A DNA stretch of 64,000 nucleotides, from positions 96,001 through 160,000 of the forward strand of contig CAWHWQ010000005.1 of assembly GCA_963833095.1 (NCBI GenBank), given 5' to 3'. Position 1 is the stretch's first letter; every line of letters begins with the position of its first letter. The notes under the pieces were generated by a model that saw only the letters and a program-made list of their open reading frames with translations, searched no databases and had not been told where the DNA came from. A program made the translations under genes and the position numbers. The stretch is from Vulcanimicrobiota bacterium. GTDB lineage: Bacteria > Vulcanimicrobiota > Vulcanimicrobiia > Vulcanimicrobiales > Vulcanimicrobiaceae. Positions 10,060-20,079 of this stretch are shown here, piece by piece.

Positions 10060-10831
10060 TCGAGATAAACCGCAGCGGCGTCGATGAGGTTTGGACTAAG
10101 CCCGCATGGTTGGTGCCCATCGGGATAACGATCATCATTCCGGCTTTGAGCGGCACCTGCTCGTTGCCCAGCCATTCGGTTCCGGTGCCGTCGAGGACGA
10201 CTTGGATTTCATTTGCATCGGCATGATAATGCTTGAGCGCGGTCCCCGTTTGAAGTGCAAGCGTCATGCCGTCGGTGACAACCAGCGTCTTTGAGCGCAG
10301 GTTTGGAAAGGTCGTCGACGGAGGCGGCATGGAGTCCGCCGTGATTGCCATCAAATCGATCGTGGCCGGCTGCAACTTTATCGTTGACGCAGGCGCAGTT
10401 TGCGAACCCGGTAGGAGATGGATGTCGGTCGGTGCCTGGGGCGGCGTCTTGAACGCCACCAAGCGCAACCTTCCGTCGGAGGTATCGACGATGCCGGCGT
10501 GCGCCGTATCGCTCGGGATAACGATCAACATACCGGGTCGTAGCGGTACCTGACGATCGCCCAGCCACTCCGTGCCGCTTCCGCCGACGATAAGTTGAAT
10601 CTCGCTCGAGTCAGCGTGATAGTGCTTGGGCGCGCTGCCAATCGAGAGCGCGGCCGTCATGCCGTCCGTTACCACCAGCGCTTTCTGGTGTAGGTTTGGA
10701 AAAGCTGGCGAGGTCGGCATCGCATCCGGCGAAATGGTCATGAGGTCGATGGCCGCAGGCGCGAGCGGTGCGGCAGCGCCGATCGCAAAGACTGCCGCCG
10801 CGATACCGATGAGGCGTAGAAGGTTCTTCAT
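10013..10831 (-). CDS. Secreted tandem-cupin (bicupin) protein
   Basis: Signal peptide MKNLLRLIGIAAAVFAIGAA; two repeats each with KHYHAD..EIQ...G.GTEWLG...L..GM.IVIP..T.HAG...KTPPQAPTD; AGGAG RBS. Confidence 0.82.
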   Translation of the reverse strand: MKNLLRLIGIAAAVFAIGAAAPLAPAAIDLMTISPDAMPTSPAFPNLHQKALVVTDGMTAALSIGSAPKHYHADSSEIQLIVGGSGTEWLGDRQVPLRPGMLIVIPSDTAHAGIVDTSDGRLRLVAFKTPPQAPTDIHLLPGSQTAPASTIKLQPATIDLMAITADSMPPPSTTFPNLRSKTLVVTDGMTLALQTGTALKHYHADANEIQVVLDGTGTEWLGNEQVPLKAGMMIVIPMGTNHAGLVQTSSTPLRFISIKTPPQAPTDVHFAQ

Positions 10832-10858
10832 TAAATGTAAGCTCCTGTAAGCGACCTA

Positions 10859-11680
10859 TCAGTCGCTCGTCTCCAGAATCCTCCGTTCGCGAAACAATCC
10901 CGGTGTCAAACCCGTGACCGATTTGAAGACACGCGTGAGATGGCTCTGATCGGCAAATCCACATGCCGCTGCGATATCGGCCAAATTCATGGCTTGGTCA
11001 CCAATAAGCCGGCACGCATGCTGCACGCGCAGCCGGCTCACATAGTCACCGATCGTGACGCCCTCGTCAAGGCGAAAACCGCGTGCAAGCGAGGCCGGAT
11101 GGATGCCTACGCGCTCGGCCAATGCTTCCAGCGAAAGCCGCTCGGCGAATCGCTCGCGCAGCGAGCTTTTCACTGCGGTGACCCAGGCGCGCTGCGGCCG
11201 ATCGCGGTCGACCAAGCGCAGTGCAATGCCGAGCATCTCAGAGACGATCGCGTCTGCTTCCAGCGCATCTACTTCGTCGTCTACGAACTGGTTTAGGAGC
11301 GCAACGGCGAGCCACACGGCTTCACCGTACTGCAGCTCCAAACGCCACGCGGACGTATCGAAGTGTATGCCGATGCGCGTTTGCCATTCGTCGCCGAGCT
11401 CGATCGCGAAGAGCGTTGTGTCATCGCCCATTTGATCCGAGTGCACGAGGTTGGGCGGGTGAAAGGCGAGGCTAAAAGGTTCGTAGCGCACGGTCGTACC
11501 GTCATGCGTCTCCTCGTAGGCGCCGGAAACGAGCAGCGTAAAGTACGCGAGCGAATGCTCGTGCACGGCGATCTGTCGGGCACGTGGATGCTGGACGATA
11601 GAGAAGGTCAAGCCGCCCACGCGCGCCGCGCGCGCGACGCTGCCGTACCACTCTCCCGGACCGAGCCTGGCTGTTGCCAT
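10859..11680 (-). CDS. AraC-family transcriptional regulator with cupin-like sensor domain
   Basis: Probable start MATARLG at 11680; HEH in the N-domain; LEALAERVGIHPASLARGF...LADIAAACGFADQSHLTRVFK..TGLTPG.FR. Confidence 0.9.
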   Translation of the reverse strand: MATARLGPGEWYGSVARAARVGGLTFSIVQHPRARQIAVHEHSLAYFTLLVSGAYEETHDGTTVRYEPFSLAFHPPNLVHSDQMGDDTTLFAIELGDEWQTRIGIHFDTSAWRLELQYGEAVWLAVALLNQFVDDEVDALEADAIVSEMLGIALRLVDRDRPQRAWVTAVKSSLRERFAERLSLEALAERVGIHPASLARGFRLDEGVTIGDYVSRLRVQHACRLIGDQAMNLADIAAACGFADQSHLTRVFKSVTGLTPGLFRERRILETSD

Positions 11681-11710
11681 GCCACCATCTTCGGCGCTCG
11701 CGCGGGGATT

Positions 11711-11754
11711 GTCTTGAACGATCCTTGCGCTGCCGGGCAAATTGCGTTCAAGAC
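11711..11754. promoter_or_regulatory. Perfect 10-bp inverted repeat between divergent AraC and DJ-1 genes (probable operator)
   Basis: GTCTTGAACG (11711-11720), 24-nt spacer, CGTTCAAGAC (11745-11754). Confidence 0.55.
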
Positions 11755-11784
11755 GAGCTGCGAAATCCGCGCGATGATAGGAGC

Positions 11785-12486
11785 ATGAATAGACGAAGCC
11801 TGCTGGGCGCCTCGATGGCCACCGGAATCGCCGCAGCCTTACCACGAGCCCTGCGCGCCACCGATCTTGCCGCAGCCGCACCGCTCAAAGTTCCCGCCGA
11901 TGGAAAAATCCGGGTGGCGTTCATGATCTCGAGTGGGGCCAACGTGATCGACCTCGCCGGCGCCTGGGAAACGTTCCAAGACGTGATGCTGCCTAATGGC
12001 GATATGCCCTTCGAACTCTTCACCCTCGCTGAGACGACCAACATCGTCGAAATGACGGGCGGCCTACGAATCGAGCCGACGTACTCGTTCGGAGCCGGCG
12101 ACATTCCGCATACCAACATTCTGGTGGTGGGCGCGCAGAGCGACGGCTCGGACACCTTTATGAAGCTGTTGCGCGATGTTCAGGGCAAAATCGACCTCAC
12201 CATGTCGGTGTGCACCGGTGCGTTCAAGTTGGCAAAGTCCGGCATTCTCGACGGCAAGTCGGCGACGACACACCACGAGTACTACGACGAGTTTGCCAAA
12301 CAATACCCGAAGGTCACGCTGGTGCGCGGCGAGCGCTTCGTCGACAACGGTAGCATTATTACCGCGGGCGGTCTGACCTCAGGCATCTCGGCCGCATTGC
12401 ACGTCATTTCGCGCTACTACGACGCGCCCACCGCTGCCACGACGGCGGCATATATGGAGTTTACGACGACGCCGCGTACAGCCTAA
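11785..12486 (+). CDS. DJ-1/PfpI-family protein with twin-arginine signal peptide
   Basis: AGGAG RBS, MNRRSLLGAS Tat-like motif; IDLAGAWETF, SVCTGAF nucleophile elbow, ATTH, RFVDNG.IITAGG.TSGI. Confidence 0.85.
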   Translation: MNRRSLLGASMATGIAAALPRALRATDLAAAAPLKVPADGKIRVAFMISSGANVIDLAGAWETFQDVMLPNGDMPFELFTLAETTNIVEMTGGLRIEPTYSFGAGDIPHTNILVVGAQSDGSDTFMKLLRDVQGKIDLTMSVCTGAFKLAKSGILDGKSATTHHEYYDEFAKQYPKVTLVRGERFVDNGSIITAGGLTSGISAALHVISRYYDAPTAATTAAYMEFTTTPRTA

Positions 12487-12541
12487 AAACGGCGCACCGC
12501 TCGGCCGCTAATTTGCCCCGATTGCGGGGTACAAATCGGGC

Positions 12542-13102
12542 ATGAATACGCTCGCAAAACTCACCTTGGGGACGGCGCTTGCCGTCGGAATCATTTTCTG
12601 GAGCGCAGCGGCGGACGCGTCGTCCGTCGCGAGCGGTGCGAATCTCAGCCTCGCTTCGTCGCTGATTGCCAGTGGAGGCGGCCCCGGCAGCTATTCGACC
12701 GTACGCGCGTTCAATGCAATGATCGGCGAGGACGCGGTGCTCGCAAACGAGCAACAGATCGCGGTCAGCTTCGGACAAACCAATGAAGATCGCTTCGTGC
12801 GTATGTTCGATTACACGATCGCCGATGCATGGCAGCTGGCCGGAAAGAACAATGTCTCGCTTCCGCCTGCTGCGCAGACGGCTGGCCAGGGGTTGGCGAC
12901 GCAACTCGTGCAAGCCGGTGTCGGCGCCGGCGGAACGTTTGACGCGACGAGAATGCTTACGTCACTCTTCGGCGACAAGATCGCAACCCAAACGATGGCG
13001 GATCTCAACGCCAAATACGGGCCCGGCGCATCCGACAACTTCGACCGGATGGCGGATCAGTTCTTCCACAACATCGGCCAAACGGTCGGAATGAACGTAT
13101 AG
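12542..13102 (+). CDS. Hypothetical secreted protein with two-fold internal repeat
   Basis: Signal peptide; halves LASSLIASGGGPGSY..VRAF...FG...DRFVRMFD and LATQLVQAGVGAGGTF..TRML...YG...DNFDRMAD align by eye. Confidence 0.75.
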   Translation: MNTLAKLTLGTALAVGIIFWSAAADASSVASGANLSLASSLIASGGGPGSYSTVRAFNAMIGEDAVLANEQQIAVSFGQTNEDRFVRMFDYTIADAWQLAGKNNVSLPPAAQTAGQGLATQLVQAGVGAGGTFDATRMLTSLFGDKIATQTMADLNAKYGPGASDNFDRMADQFFHNIGQTVGMNV

Positions 13103-13152
13103 CGAAATCCGTCGCGGGGGAGCGCCAGAGTCAACCGGCGAACGGCGCGCGC

Positions 13153-15015
13153 ATGCGCCGCGTGCAGGTCCCCGGTCCTCTGGCACTTGCCGCGCTTGGC
13201 GTCGTGTTTGGCGACATCGGCACGAGCCCGCTCTACACGCTGAGCACGTGTTTCACCACGGCGAACGCCGCGCCGACGCTCGAGAATACGCTCGGCATCA
13301 TCTCGCTACTCGCATGGGCGCTGATCATCGTCGTCTGCGTTAAATACGTGACGGTGCTCATGCGCGTCGATCACGAGGGCGAAGGCGGCATCCTCGCGCT
13401 GCTCGCCCTCGCGTCACCTCCGCGCCTGCTTGGAAAAATCCACGGGACGCGTTGGCTGATTCCCGTCGTCGTCATCGGTGCAGCGATGCTCATCGGCGAC
13501 GGCATGATCACGCCGGCCATCTCGGTGATTTCAGCGGTCGAAGGATTGAACGTTGCCACCAGCGCGGCGCAGCCGTTCATCGTCCCGATCTCGGCCGGTG
13601 TGCTACTCGCTCTGTTTCTCATTCAATTTCGCGGCACACAAAGCGTTGGATCGATCTTCGGGCCCGTTATGCTGCTATGGTTCATCGCGATTGCATGGGC
13701 CGGCGCAGTCGCGATCGCCGCGCACCCGGTGATCCTCGCAGCGATTAATCCCTTGCACGGGCTTGCGTTCATTTTTCACCACGGCATCTACGGCTTCTTG
13801 ATTTTTGGCGGTGTGATCTTGGTTCTCACCGGCGCCGAAGCACTTTATGCCGACCTTTCGCACTTCGGCCGCATTCCGATCACGTGGGCCTGGTACGGCA
13901 TCGTTCTTCCCTCGCTGTTACTCAACTATTTCGGCCAGGGTGCGATCGTGCTGGGTGATCCCAAAGCGCTCGATTCGCCGTTTTATGCGTTGACGACCGG
14001 TTGGACGCTCATGCCGATGGTTGTGCTTGCGACGCTCGCGACAGTAATTGCCTCGCAGGCGCTGATCTCCGGCGCGTTCACGCTTACCGAACAAGCTATT
14101 GCAATGAACCTTTGCCCACGCATGAAAGTCGTGCATACTTCGCAGGCGCAGCGCGGGCAGGTCTACATTCCGTTCGTCAATACGCTGCTCGCGATCGTGT
14201 GCTTGATCTTGGTCTTTACCTTCCGCAGCAGCGCGCATCTGGCCGCGGCCTACGGTCTTGCCGTAGCGTGCACGATGCTCGCGACGTCGCTCGCCTTTTT
14301 CGTCGTCGCTACCACGGTGTTCAAATGGCGCAAGCGTTACCTAATTCCCGGCATCAGTCTCTTCGTGCTCATCGATACGCTCTTCGTCGTATCGGGCTTA
14401 CCGAAGTTTTTCGAAGGCGCGTGGGTACCGCTCGCGGTGAGCGCGGTCATCGCCTTTGTCTCACTCACGTGGCTCAAAGGACGGCGTTCGCTTGCGCGAT
14501 CGCTTGCGGTCGACCAGCAACCTGTCGGCGAATTTCTCGCCGGGCATCCTCGCCCGAGCGCGCCCGTCGGGCAGACCATTATGTTGACCAACGATCCAAG
14601 TGGCGTTCCCTTCGTGCACAGTCATCACTGGATGCCTGCATTCCTGAGCGACAAGAAGATCGTGCTCCTGACACTGACGCCCGCGGCGCGTCCCTACGTG
14701 GAACAAACAAAACGGGTCGCAATCGAAGAGATTGCCCCGTCGCTCTTCATCCTCAAGGCAAGTTTCGGCTACATGGAGGAGCCCTCGCTGCGTTACATCC
14801 TCCGTGCCTGCAATAAGCTCGATTTCATGATTGACGATGCATCGACGACGTTTTTCTATTCTGCGCCGATCATTACCGGACGCCCGAAAGACGGCATGCG
14901 CCGAAGTCAACGCGCGCTTTTCGCTTGGCTCTCGCGCGTCTCGCGTTCGCTCGTGGATGATATGGAGATTCCGCCTGACCGCCGCGTCGGACTCGGCGTC
15001 GAAATCCAGCTCTAG
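13153..15015 (+). CDS. kup: KUP/HAK/KT potassium transporter
   Basis: ALGVVFGDIGTSPLY, GEGGILAL, GDGMITPAISVISAVEG, TGAEALYADLSHFG, IASQALISG, GQVYIP, FGYME. Confidence 0.95.
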   Translation: MRRVQVPGPLALAALGVVFGDIGTSPLYTLSTCFTTANAAPTLENTLGIISLLAWALIIVVCVKYVTVLMRVDHEGEGGILALLALASPPRLLGKIHGTRWLIPVVVIGAAMLIGDGMITPAISVISAVEGLNVATSAAQPFIVPISAGVLLALFLIQFRGTQSVGSIFGPVMLLWFIAIAWAGAVAIAAHPVILAAINPLHGLAFIFHHGIYGFLIFGGVILVLTGAEALYADLSHFGRIPITWAWYGIVLPSLLLNYFGQGAIVLGDPKALDSPFYALTTGWTLMPMVVLATLATVIASQALISGAFTLTEQAIAMNLCPRMKVVHTSQAQRGQVYIPFVNTLLAIVCLILVFTFRSSAHLAAAYGLAVACTMLATSLAFFVVATTVFKWRKRYLIPGISLFVLIDTLFVVSGLPKFFEGAWVPLAVSAVIAFVSLTWLKGRRSLARSLAVDQQPVGEFLAGHPRPSAPVGQTIMLTNDPSGVPFVHSHHWMPAFLSDKKIVLLTLTPAARPYVEQTKRVAIEEIAPSLFILKASFGYMEEPSLRYILRACNKLDFMIDDASTTFFYSAPIITGRPKDGMRRSQRALFAWLSRVSRSLVDDMEIPPDRRVGLGVEIQL

Positions 15016-15092
15016 ACTCCGCCGCCAAATGCGCGGGGATTCCCCTTTTAGCAACGAATCGTAGCCATCCCCAGCACGGATTGGAGGAACAC

Positions 15093-15974
15093 ATGTTTCC
15101 AGCCCAGTTCGATTATCAGCGGGCGCATTCGATCGATGAAGCTATTAGTGCGCTTGCTAGCCACGGCGACGATGCCCGCGTCCTCGCGGGCGGACAAAGC
15201 TTGATTCCCGCTATGCGTTATCGGCTTGCCCGGCCTGCCGTCCTAATCGACATCAATCCCATTGAAGAACTCGTCTTTCTTCGTGAAAGCAACGGCTTTT
15301 TATGCGTCGGCGCGGGCACGCGAGACTTTGCGCTCGAGGTCTCGCCGCTGATCGCCTCGCGCTATCCCCTCCTCGCCGACACGTCCGCGCTCGTCGCCGA
15401 TCCGGTCGTGCGTCAGATGGGAACGGTCGTCGGTAGCCTGTGCCACAACGATCCCGCCGGCGACTGGCCGGTTACCGCGCTTGCTGCGCGCGCCCAACTC
15501 GTGCTTCGTTCAAAAAGCGGAGAACGTACCGTGTCGATCGATGACTTTCTCGTCGATTCGTTCACAACGGCCGTTAAAGACGGCGAGATGGCGACCGAAG
15601 TTCGGTTCCCAACGCCGGACGAGCGGACACGCGGAGCGTATTACAAGATCGAGCGCAAGGTCGGCGATTTCGCGACTGCATCCGCGGCTGCGCGCGTAAC
15701 GCTCGCCGCCGACGGAACGATCGCCGGCGCCGGCATCGCGATCGGCGCGCTTGGCGCCAAAGCATTGCGGGTTAGCCAAGCCGAGAAATTGCTCACCGGC
15801 GCAAAGCCGAGCAAGGACGTCATCGCCGCCGCGGCGCGCGAAGCCGAGAAGCTGGCCGATCCCACGCCCGACAATCGCGGCAGCGTGCAGTACAAGAAGG
15901 CGATGGCCGGCGTGCTCGTCGCGCGCGCGCTCGCGACCACGTTTGAACGCCTTGGTGTAAAGGGGCTCGCATGA
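15093..15974 (+). CDS. coxM: Aerobic CO dehydrogenase medium (FAD) subunit
   Basis: [70 protein letters not shown]. Confidence 0.92.
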   Translation: MFPAQFDYQRAHSIDEAISALASHGDDARVLAGGQSLIPAMRYRLARPAVLIDINPIEELVFLRESNGFLCVGAGTRDFALEVSPLIASRYPLLADTSALVADPVVRQMGTVVGSLCHNDPAGDWPVTALAARAQLVLRSKSGERTVSIDDFLVDSFTTAVKDGEMATEVRFPTPDERTRGAYYKIERKVGDFATASAAARVTLAADGTIAGAGIAIGALGAKALRVSQAEKLLTGAKPSKDVIAAAAREAEKLADPTPDNRGSVQYKKAMAGVLVARALATTFERLGVKGLA

Positions 15975-16447
15975 AAGTCAGTGTCACCGTCAACGGAACC
16001 GCCTACGAGCGCGACGTCGAGCCGCGCATGCTGCTGGCCTACTTCCTGCGCGAATCGCTCGGGCTCACCGGAACGCACGTCGGCTGCGATTCCTCGCACT
16101 GCGGATGCTGCGTGGTCGTACTCGACGGCGACCGCGCCGTGAAATCGTGCAACATGTTTGCGGTGCAAGCCGATGGCCACGCGATCACCACGGTTGAGGG
16201 GCTCGAACAAGGCGGGAAGCTCCACCCGCTCCAGCAAGCCTTTTGGGACCAGCACGGATTGCAGTGCGGCTATTGCACGCCCGGCATGCTCATGACGTGT
16301 TCCGTTCTGCTCAAGCACAATCCAAAGCCAAGCGAAGCGGAGATCCGCGAGGGCATTTCAGGGAATCTGTGCCGTTGCACAGGGTATCAGAATATTGTCA
16401 AGGCCGTGCAGCAAGCTGCAGCGGCAGAAGAAATGGTGCCGTCATGA
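15971..16447 (+). CDS. coxS: Aerobic CO dehydrogenase small (2Fe-2S) subunit
   Basis: [12 protein letters not shown]...KSC and [10 protein letters not shown]...GNLCRCTGY. Confidence 0.95.
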   Translation: MKVSVTVNGTAYERDVEPRMLLAYFLRESLGLTGTHVGCDSSHCGCCVVVLDGDRAVKSCNMFAVQADGHAITTVEGLEQGGKLHPLQQAFWDQHGLQCGYCTPGMLMTCSVLLKHNPKPSEAEIREGISGNLCRCTGYQNIVKAVQQAAAAEEMVPS

Positions 16448-18801
16448 CCACGACCGAAAAGCTACCCGACCGCCACTCGATGGGTCAATCGATGAAGCGC
16501 AAGGAAGACCCGCGCTTCATTCGGGGCAAGGGTCACTACCTCGATGACGTCGTTCTTCCGCACATGCTCTATCTTGCGCTGGTGCACAGTCCGTATCCGC
16601 ATGCGCGCATCACCAAGATCGACAAGACCGCCGCCTTGGCTTCGCCCGGCGTCAAAGCCGTGATTACCGGTGAAGATTTGGTCGCCGCCAAACTTGGCTG
16701 GCTGCCGACCTTCCACGGTTTCGACAATCAGATGGTGCTCGCGATCGGCAAAGCGCTCTATCAATATCAAGAGGTCGCCGGCGTGATCGCCACCTCGCGC
16801 GAGGCCGCCGCCGATGGAGCGGAGTTGGTCGACGTCACCTACGAACCGCTCGATCCGGTCGTCGACCCCTATCAATCCAAGCTCGACAAGATCATCTTAC
16901 GCGACGATCGCGAGGCCAAGACCAATCACATCTATCATTGGGAAGTCGGCGAACGCGAGAAGACCGATGCGGCCATCGCAAAGTCCGACGTCACAATCAA
17001 AGAACGGATTCTCTCCCCGCGCTGTCATCCCGCGCCGCTCGAACCGTGCGGCTGCGTCTCCGATATGAACGGCGCGACGGGACGCTTAACGATCTACATG
17101 ACGTCGCAAGCGCCGCATGTCCATCGTACCGCGTTCTCGCTGGTCACCGGCATCCCGGAAGATAAGATTCACGTGATCTCGCCTGATGTCGGCGGCGGCT
17201 TCGGCAACAAGGTGCCGGTCTATCCCGGCTACGTCGTCGCAACCGTTGCGTCGGTCATTTTGGGCGTGCCGGTCAAATGGGTCGAAACGCGCACCGAAAA
17301 TCTCACCACGACCGGCTTCGCGCGCGATTATCACATGGACGTCGAGCTCGGCGCGACCAAAGACGGTAAGGTCACGGCGCTCAAGGTCTCGACAACAGCC
17401 GACCACGGTGCCTTCGATGCCGCAGCCGACCCGCGCAAGTATCCCGCCGGCATGTTCGGCATCGTTACCGGCTCGTATGATTTTCCCACCGCGTTTGCCG
17501 AAGTCGACGCGTATTTCACCAACAAAGCACCGGGCGGGATCGCGTATCGCTGCTCGTTCCGCGTGACCGAGGCAGCATTCGCGATCGAGCGCGCGATGGA
17601 CATCCTCGCGCACAAGCTCGGCGTCGATCCGGTGCAGCTACGCATGCAGAACTTCATCAAGAAGGAGCAGTTCCCGTACCCCTCACCGTTGGGCTTCACC
17701 TACGACAGCGGCGACTACGCCGCGACCACCAAAAAAGCGCTCGACCTTATTGGGTACGACGCGCTGCGCAAAGAACAAGTTGAAAAGCGCAAGCGCGGCG
17801 AGTTGATGGGCATCGGCGTCTCGACGTTCACCGAAATCGTCGGCGCGGGACCCGGCAAACACTTCGACATTCTCGGGATCAAGATGTTCGATAGCGCCGA
17901 GATTCGCATCCATCCGACCGGCTCGGGCATCGTGCGCGCGGGGACGAAAGGTCAAGGCCAAGGACACGAGACGACCTGGGCGCAGATCGTGGCCGAAGAA
18001 CTCGGCCTCGATCCGCAAGAGTTGATGGTCGAAGAGGGCGACACCGACACCGCGCCCTACGGCCTAGGCACGTATGCCAGCCGCAGCACGCCGGTTGCGG
18101 GCGGCGCGCTCGCGCTGGCGTCGCGCAAGATTCGCGAGAAGGCGCGCAAGATCGCCGCGCACATGCTGGAAGCCTCCGAAGACGACGTTGAATGGAAGGA
18201 CTACAAGTTCTCGCTCAAGGGCGTGCCCGGCAAGAGTGTGACGATGAAGGAAGTCGCGTTCGCCGCGTACACCAATCCGGCGCCCGACACCGAACCCGGC
18301 CTCGAAGCAACCTACTACTACGACCCGCCGAACCTCACGTTCCCCAACGGCACCTACATCGCCGTGGTCGACGTCGACGCCGGCACCGGTGAGACCAAGG
18401 TTCGGCGATTCCTTGCCGTCGACGATTGCGGCGTGGTGATCAACCCGATGATCGTCGAAGGACAGATCCACGGCGGGCTCACCGAGGGCTTCGCCATGGC
18501 CTTCATGCAAGAGATCAAATTCGATGAAGGCGGGAATCATCTCAATACCAATTTCACCGACTATCTGGTGCCGACCGCGCTGGAAACGCCGCACTGGGAG
18601 ACCGGCAGCACGGTAACACCGAGCCCCCATCACCCGATCGGCGCCAAGGGCGTCGGCGAAAGCCCCAACGTCGGCTCGCCGCAGGCCTTCGTCAACGCCG
18701 TGATCGACGCGCTCTCGCCGATGGGCATCACGCACATCGATATGCCGCTCACGCGCGAAAAGGTTTGGAGTGCGATTCAAGGAGCGCAAAAGAAGCCATG
18801 A
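16444..18801 (+). CDS. coxL: Aerobic CO dehydrogenase large (Mo-Cu) subunit, form I
   Basis: Start MTTTEKL at 16444 (785 aa); [20 protein letters not shown], active-site AYRCSFR (17542-17562), [28 protein letters not shown] gene order. Confidence 0.95.
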   Translation: MTTTEKLPDRHSMGQSMKRKEDPRFIRGKGHYLDDVVLPHMLYLALVHSPYPHARITKIDKTAALASPGVKAVITGEDLVAAKLGWLPTFHGFDNQMVLAIGKALYQYQEVAGVIATSREAAADGAELVDVTYEPLDPVVDPYQSKLDKIILRDDREAKTNHIYHWEVGEREKTDAAIAKSDVTIKERILSPRCHPAPLEPCGCVSDMNGATGRLTIYMTSQAPHVHRTAFSLVTGIPEDKIHVISPDVGGGFGNKVPVYPGYVVATVASVILGVPVKWVETRTENLTTTGFARDYHMDVELGATKDGKVTALKVSTTADHGAFDAAADPRKYPAGMFGIVTGSYDFPTAFAEVDAYFTNKAPGGIAYRCSFRVTEAAFAIERAMDILAHKLGVDPVQLRMQNFIKKEQFPYPSPLGFTYDSGDYAATTKKALDLIGYDALRKEQVEKRKRGELMGIGVSTFTEIVGAGPGKHFDILGIKMFDSAEIRIHPTGSGIVRAGTKGQGQGHETTWAQIVAEELGLDPQELMVEEGDTDTAPYGLGTYASRSTPVAGGALALASRKIREKARKIAAHMLEASEDDVEWKDYKFSLKGVPGKSVTMKEVAFAAYTNPAPDTEPGLEATYYYDPPNLTFPNGTYIAVVDVDAGTGETKVRRFLAVDDCGVVINPMIVEGQIHGGLTEGFAMAFMQEIKFDEGGNHLNTNFTDYLVPTALETPHWETGSTVTPSPHHPIGAKGVGESPNVGSPQAFVNAVIDALSPMGITHIDMPLTREKVWSAIQGAQKKP

Positions 18802-19256
18802 ACTTAGAGTGGACCGGGCAAGAACGGATCCCGGCGAGCAAGGCGACCGTCTGGGCCTTCATCAACGATCCGGGCAAAGTTGCTTCGTGTCTGCCCGATC
18901 TGATTTCGTCGAACGTGAAAGATGCGCACAGCGTCGATGCAACGGTGAAGGTCGCGGTGGGCCCGGTGCGCGGCTCGTTCAAGTTCGCGATCACACTCCA
19001 GCCCGGCGCTAATGGAAATCACATGGACCTCAAGATCAGCGGTGGCGGCTTCGGCAGCGTCGTCGATCTGCTCGCGGGCGCAGATCTTACCGAGAACGCT
19101 GACGGCACCACGACGCTCGACTGGAAAGGTAACGCCTCGGTCAGCGGAACGGTCGCAACGATCGGGGGGCGCGTGCTCGACGCACAAGCGCATCGCGTCA
19201 TCAGCACAACTTTCGAAAACGTCAAGAACCACCTCAGCGGAGCACCCGCGGGATAA
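18798..19256 (+). CDS. coxG: CoxG (SRPBCC fold), no C-terminal membrane anchor
   Basis: VWAFINDP.KVASCLP, KVAVGPVRGSF, G.VATIGGRVLD; directly follows coxL; 152 aa. Confidence 0.85.
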   Translation: MNLEWTGQERIPASKATVWAFINDPGKVASCLPDLISSNVKDAHSVDATVKVAVGPVRGSFKFAITLQPGANGNHMDLKISGGGFGSVVDLLAGADLTENADGTTTLDWKGNASVSGTVATIGGRVLDAQAHRVISTTFENVKNHLSGAPAG

Positions 19257-19260
19257 CGTC

Positions 19261-20079
19261 ATGACCTTGCCACAGGAACCCTACGCCGTTGCTACCGTCG
19301 TCGTTCGGCGCTCTCCGGTCAGCGCGCATCTCGGCGATCGGGCGATCATCAATGCCGACGGACGCATGGACGGGTTTGTCGGCGGTTCATGTTCGCGCGA
19401 TATCGTGCGCCGCCAGGGTCTGGATGCAATCCGCACCGGCCGTGCCCGTCTCGTCCAGATTCGGCCCGAACCCGGCGACGACGCCGACGCGAATGCCGAG
19501 ACGGTGATCGTGCCGATGGGCTGTGCTTCCGAAGGAGCGGTCGACGTCTACGTCGAGCCGCATCTTCCGCCGCGCCCGTTGCTGATCGTCGGTCACACGC
19601 CGGTTGCGCAACAACTCGCGCGCCTTGGAACCGTGCTCGACGGCTTTCGCGTGCAGCGCGTGGTCGAAAGCGATGAGCTTGGCGATCTGCCCGCCAACGA
19701 ATCGTCGGACGCGATTGCGATTGAGTCGCTTGGCGGATATCTCGCGGCGCTGGGCGCGCAGCGCTCGCGTCTGGTAGCGGTCGTCGCTTCGCAAGGCCAT
19801 TACGACGAACGCGCGCTCGCCGCGCTGCTCTCTGGTGAAGCGCAGGCTTTCGTTGGATTGCTGGCCAGTCGCAAGCGCGCAGCCTCGGTCTTCGGCGCGC
19901 TCGAGCAAGAGGGCCTTGCGCGTGAAACGCTGGCGACCGTGCATAATCCCGTCGGACTCGATATCGGCGCGCGCACGCCGAGCGAAGTCTCCGTTTCCAT
20001 CCTCGCCGAGATCATCGCCGCATGCGTTCCGACCGCGGCGATCGATCGCGACGAAGGCCATCCTTGCTGTCACACGTGA
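19261..20079 (+). CDS. coxF: XdhC/CoxF-family CODH maturation protein
   Basis: ATVV...P.SA..GDRAI...GFVGGSC, MGCASEG.VDVYVEP, ASQGHYDE, VGLLASRKR, PVGLDIGARTP.EVSVSILAEII. Confidence 0.82.
   Translation: MTLPQEPYAVATVVVRRSPVSAHLGDRAIINADGRMDGFVGGSCSRDIVRRQGLDAIRTGRARLVQIRPEPGDDADANAETVIVPMGCASEGAVDVYVEPHLPPRPLLIVGHTPVAQQLARLGTVLDGFRVQRVVESDELGDLPANESSDAIAIESLGGYLAALGAQRSRLVAVVASQGHYDERALAALLSGEAQAFVGLLASRKRAASVFGALEQEGLARETLATVHNPVGLDIGARTPSEVSVSILAEIIAACVPTAAIDRDEGHPCCHT

Noticed and set aside
13103..13152. Possible c-di-AMP riboswitch upstream of kup
   Set aside because: Only 50 nt are available and no ydaO consensus elements are visible.
15032..15050. GGGGATTCCCC palindrome followed by TTTT between kup and coxM
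   Set aside because: Too short to distinguish a terminator from an operator; single occurrence, so not called.
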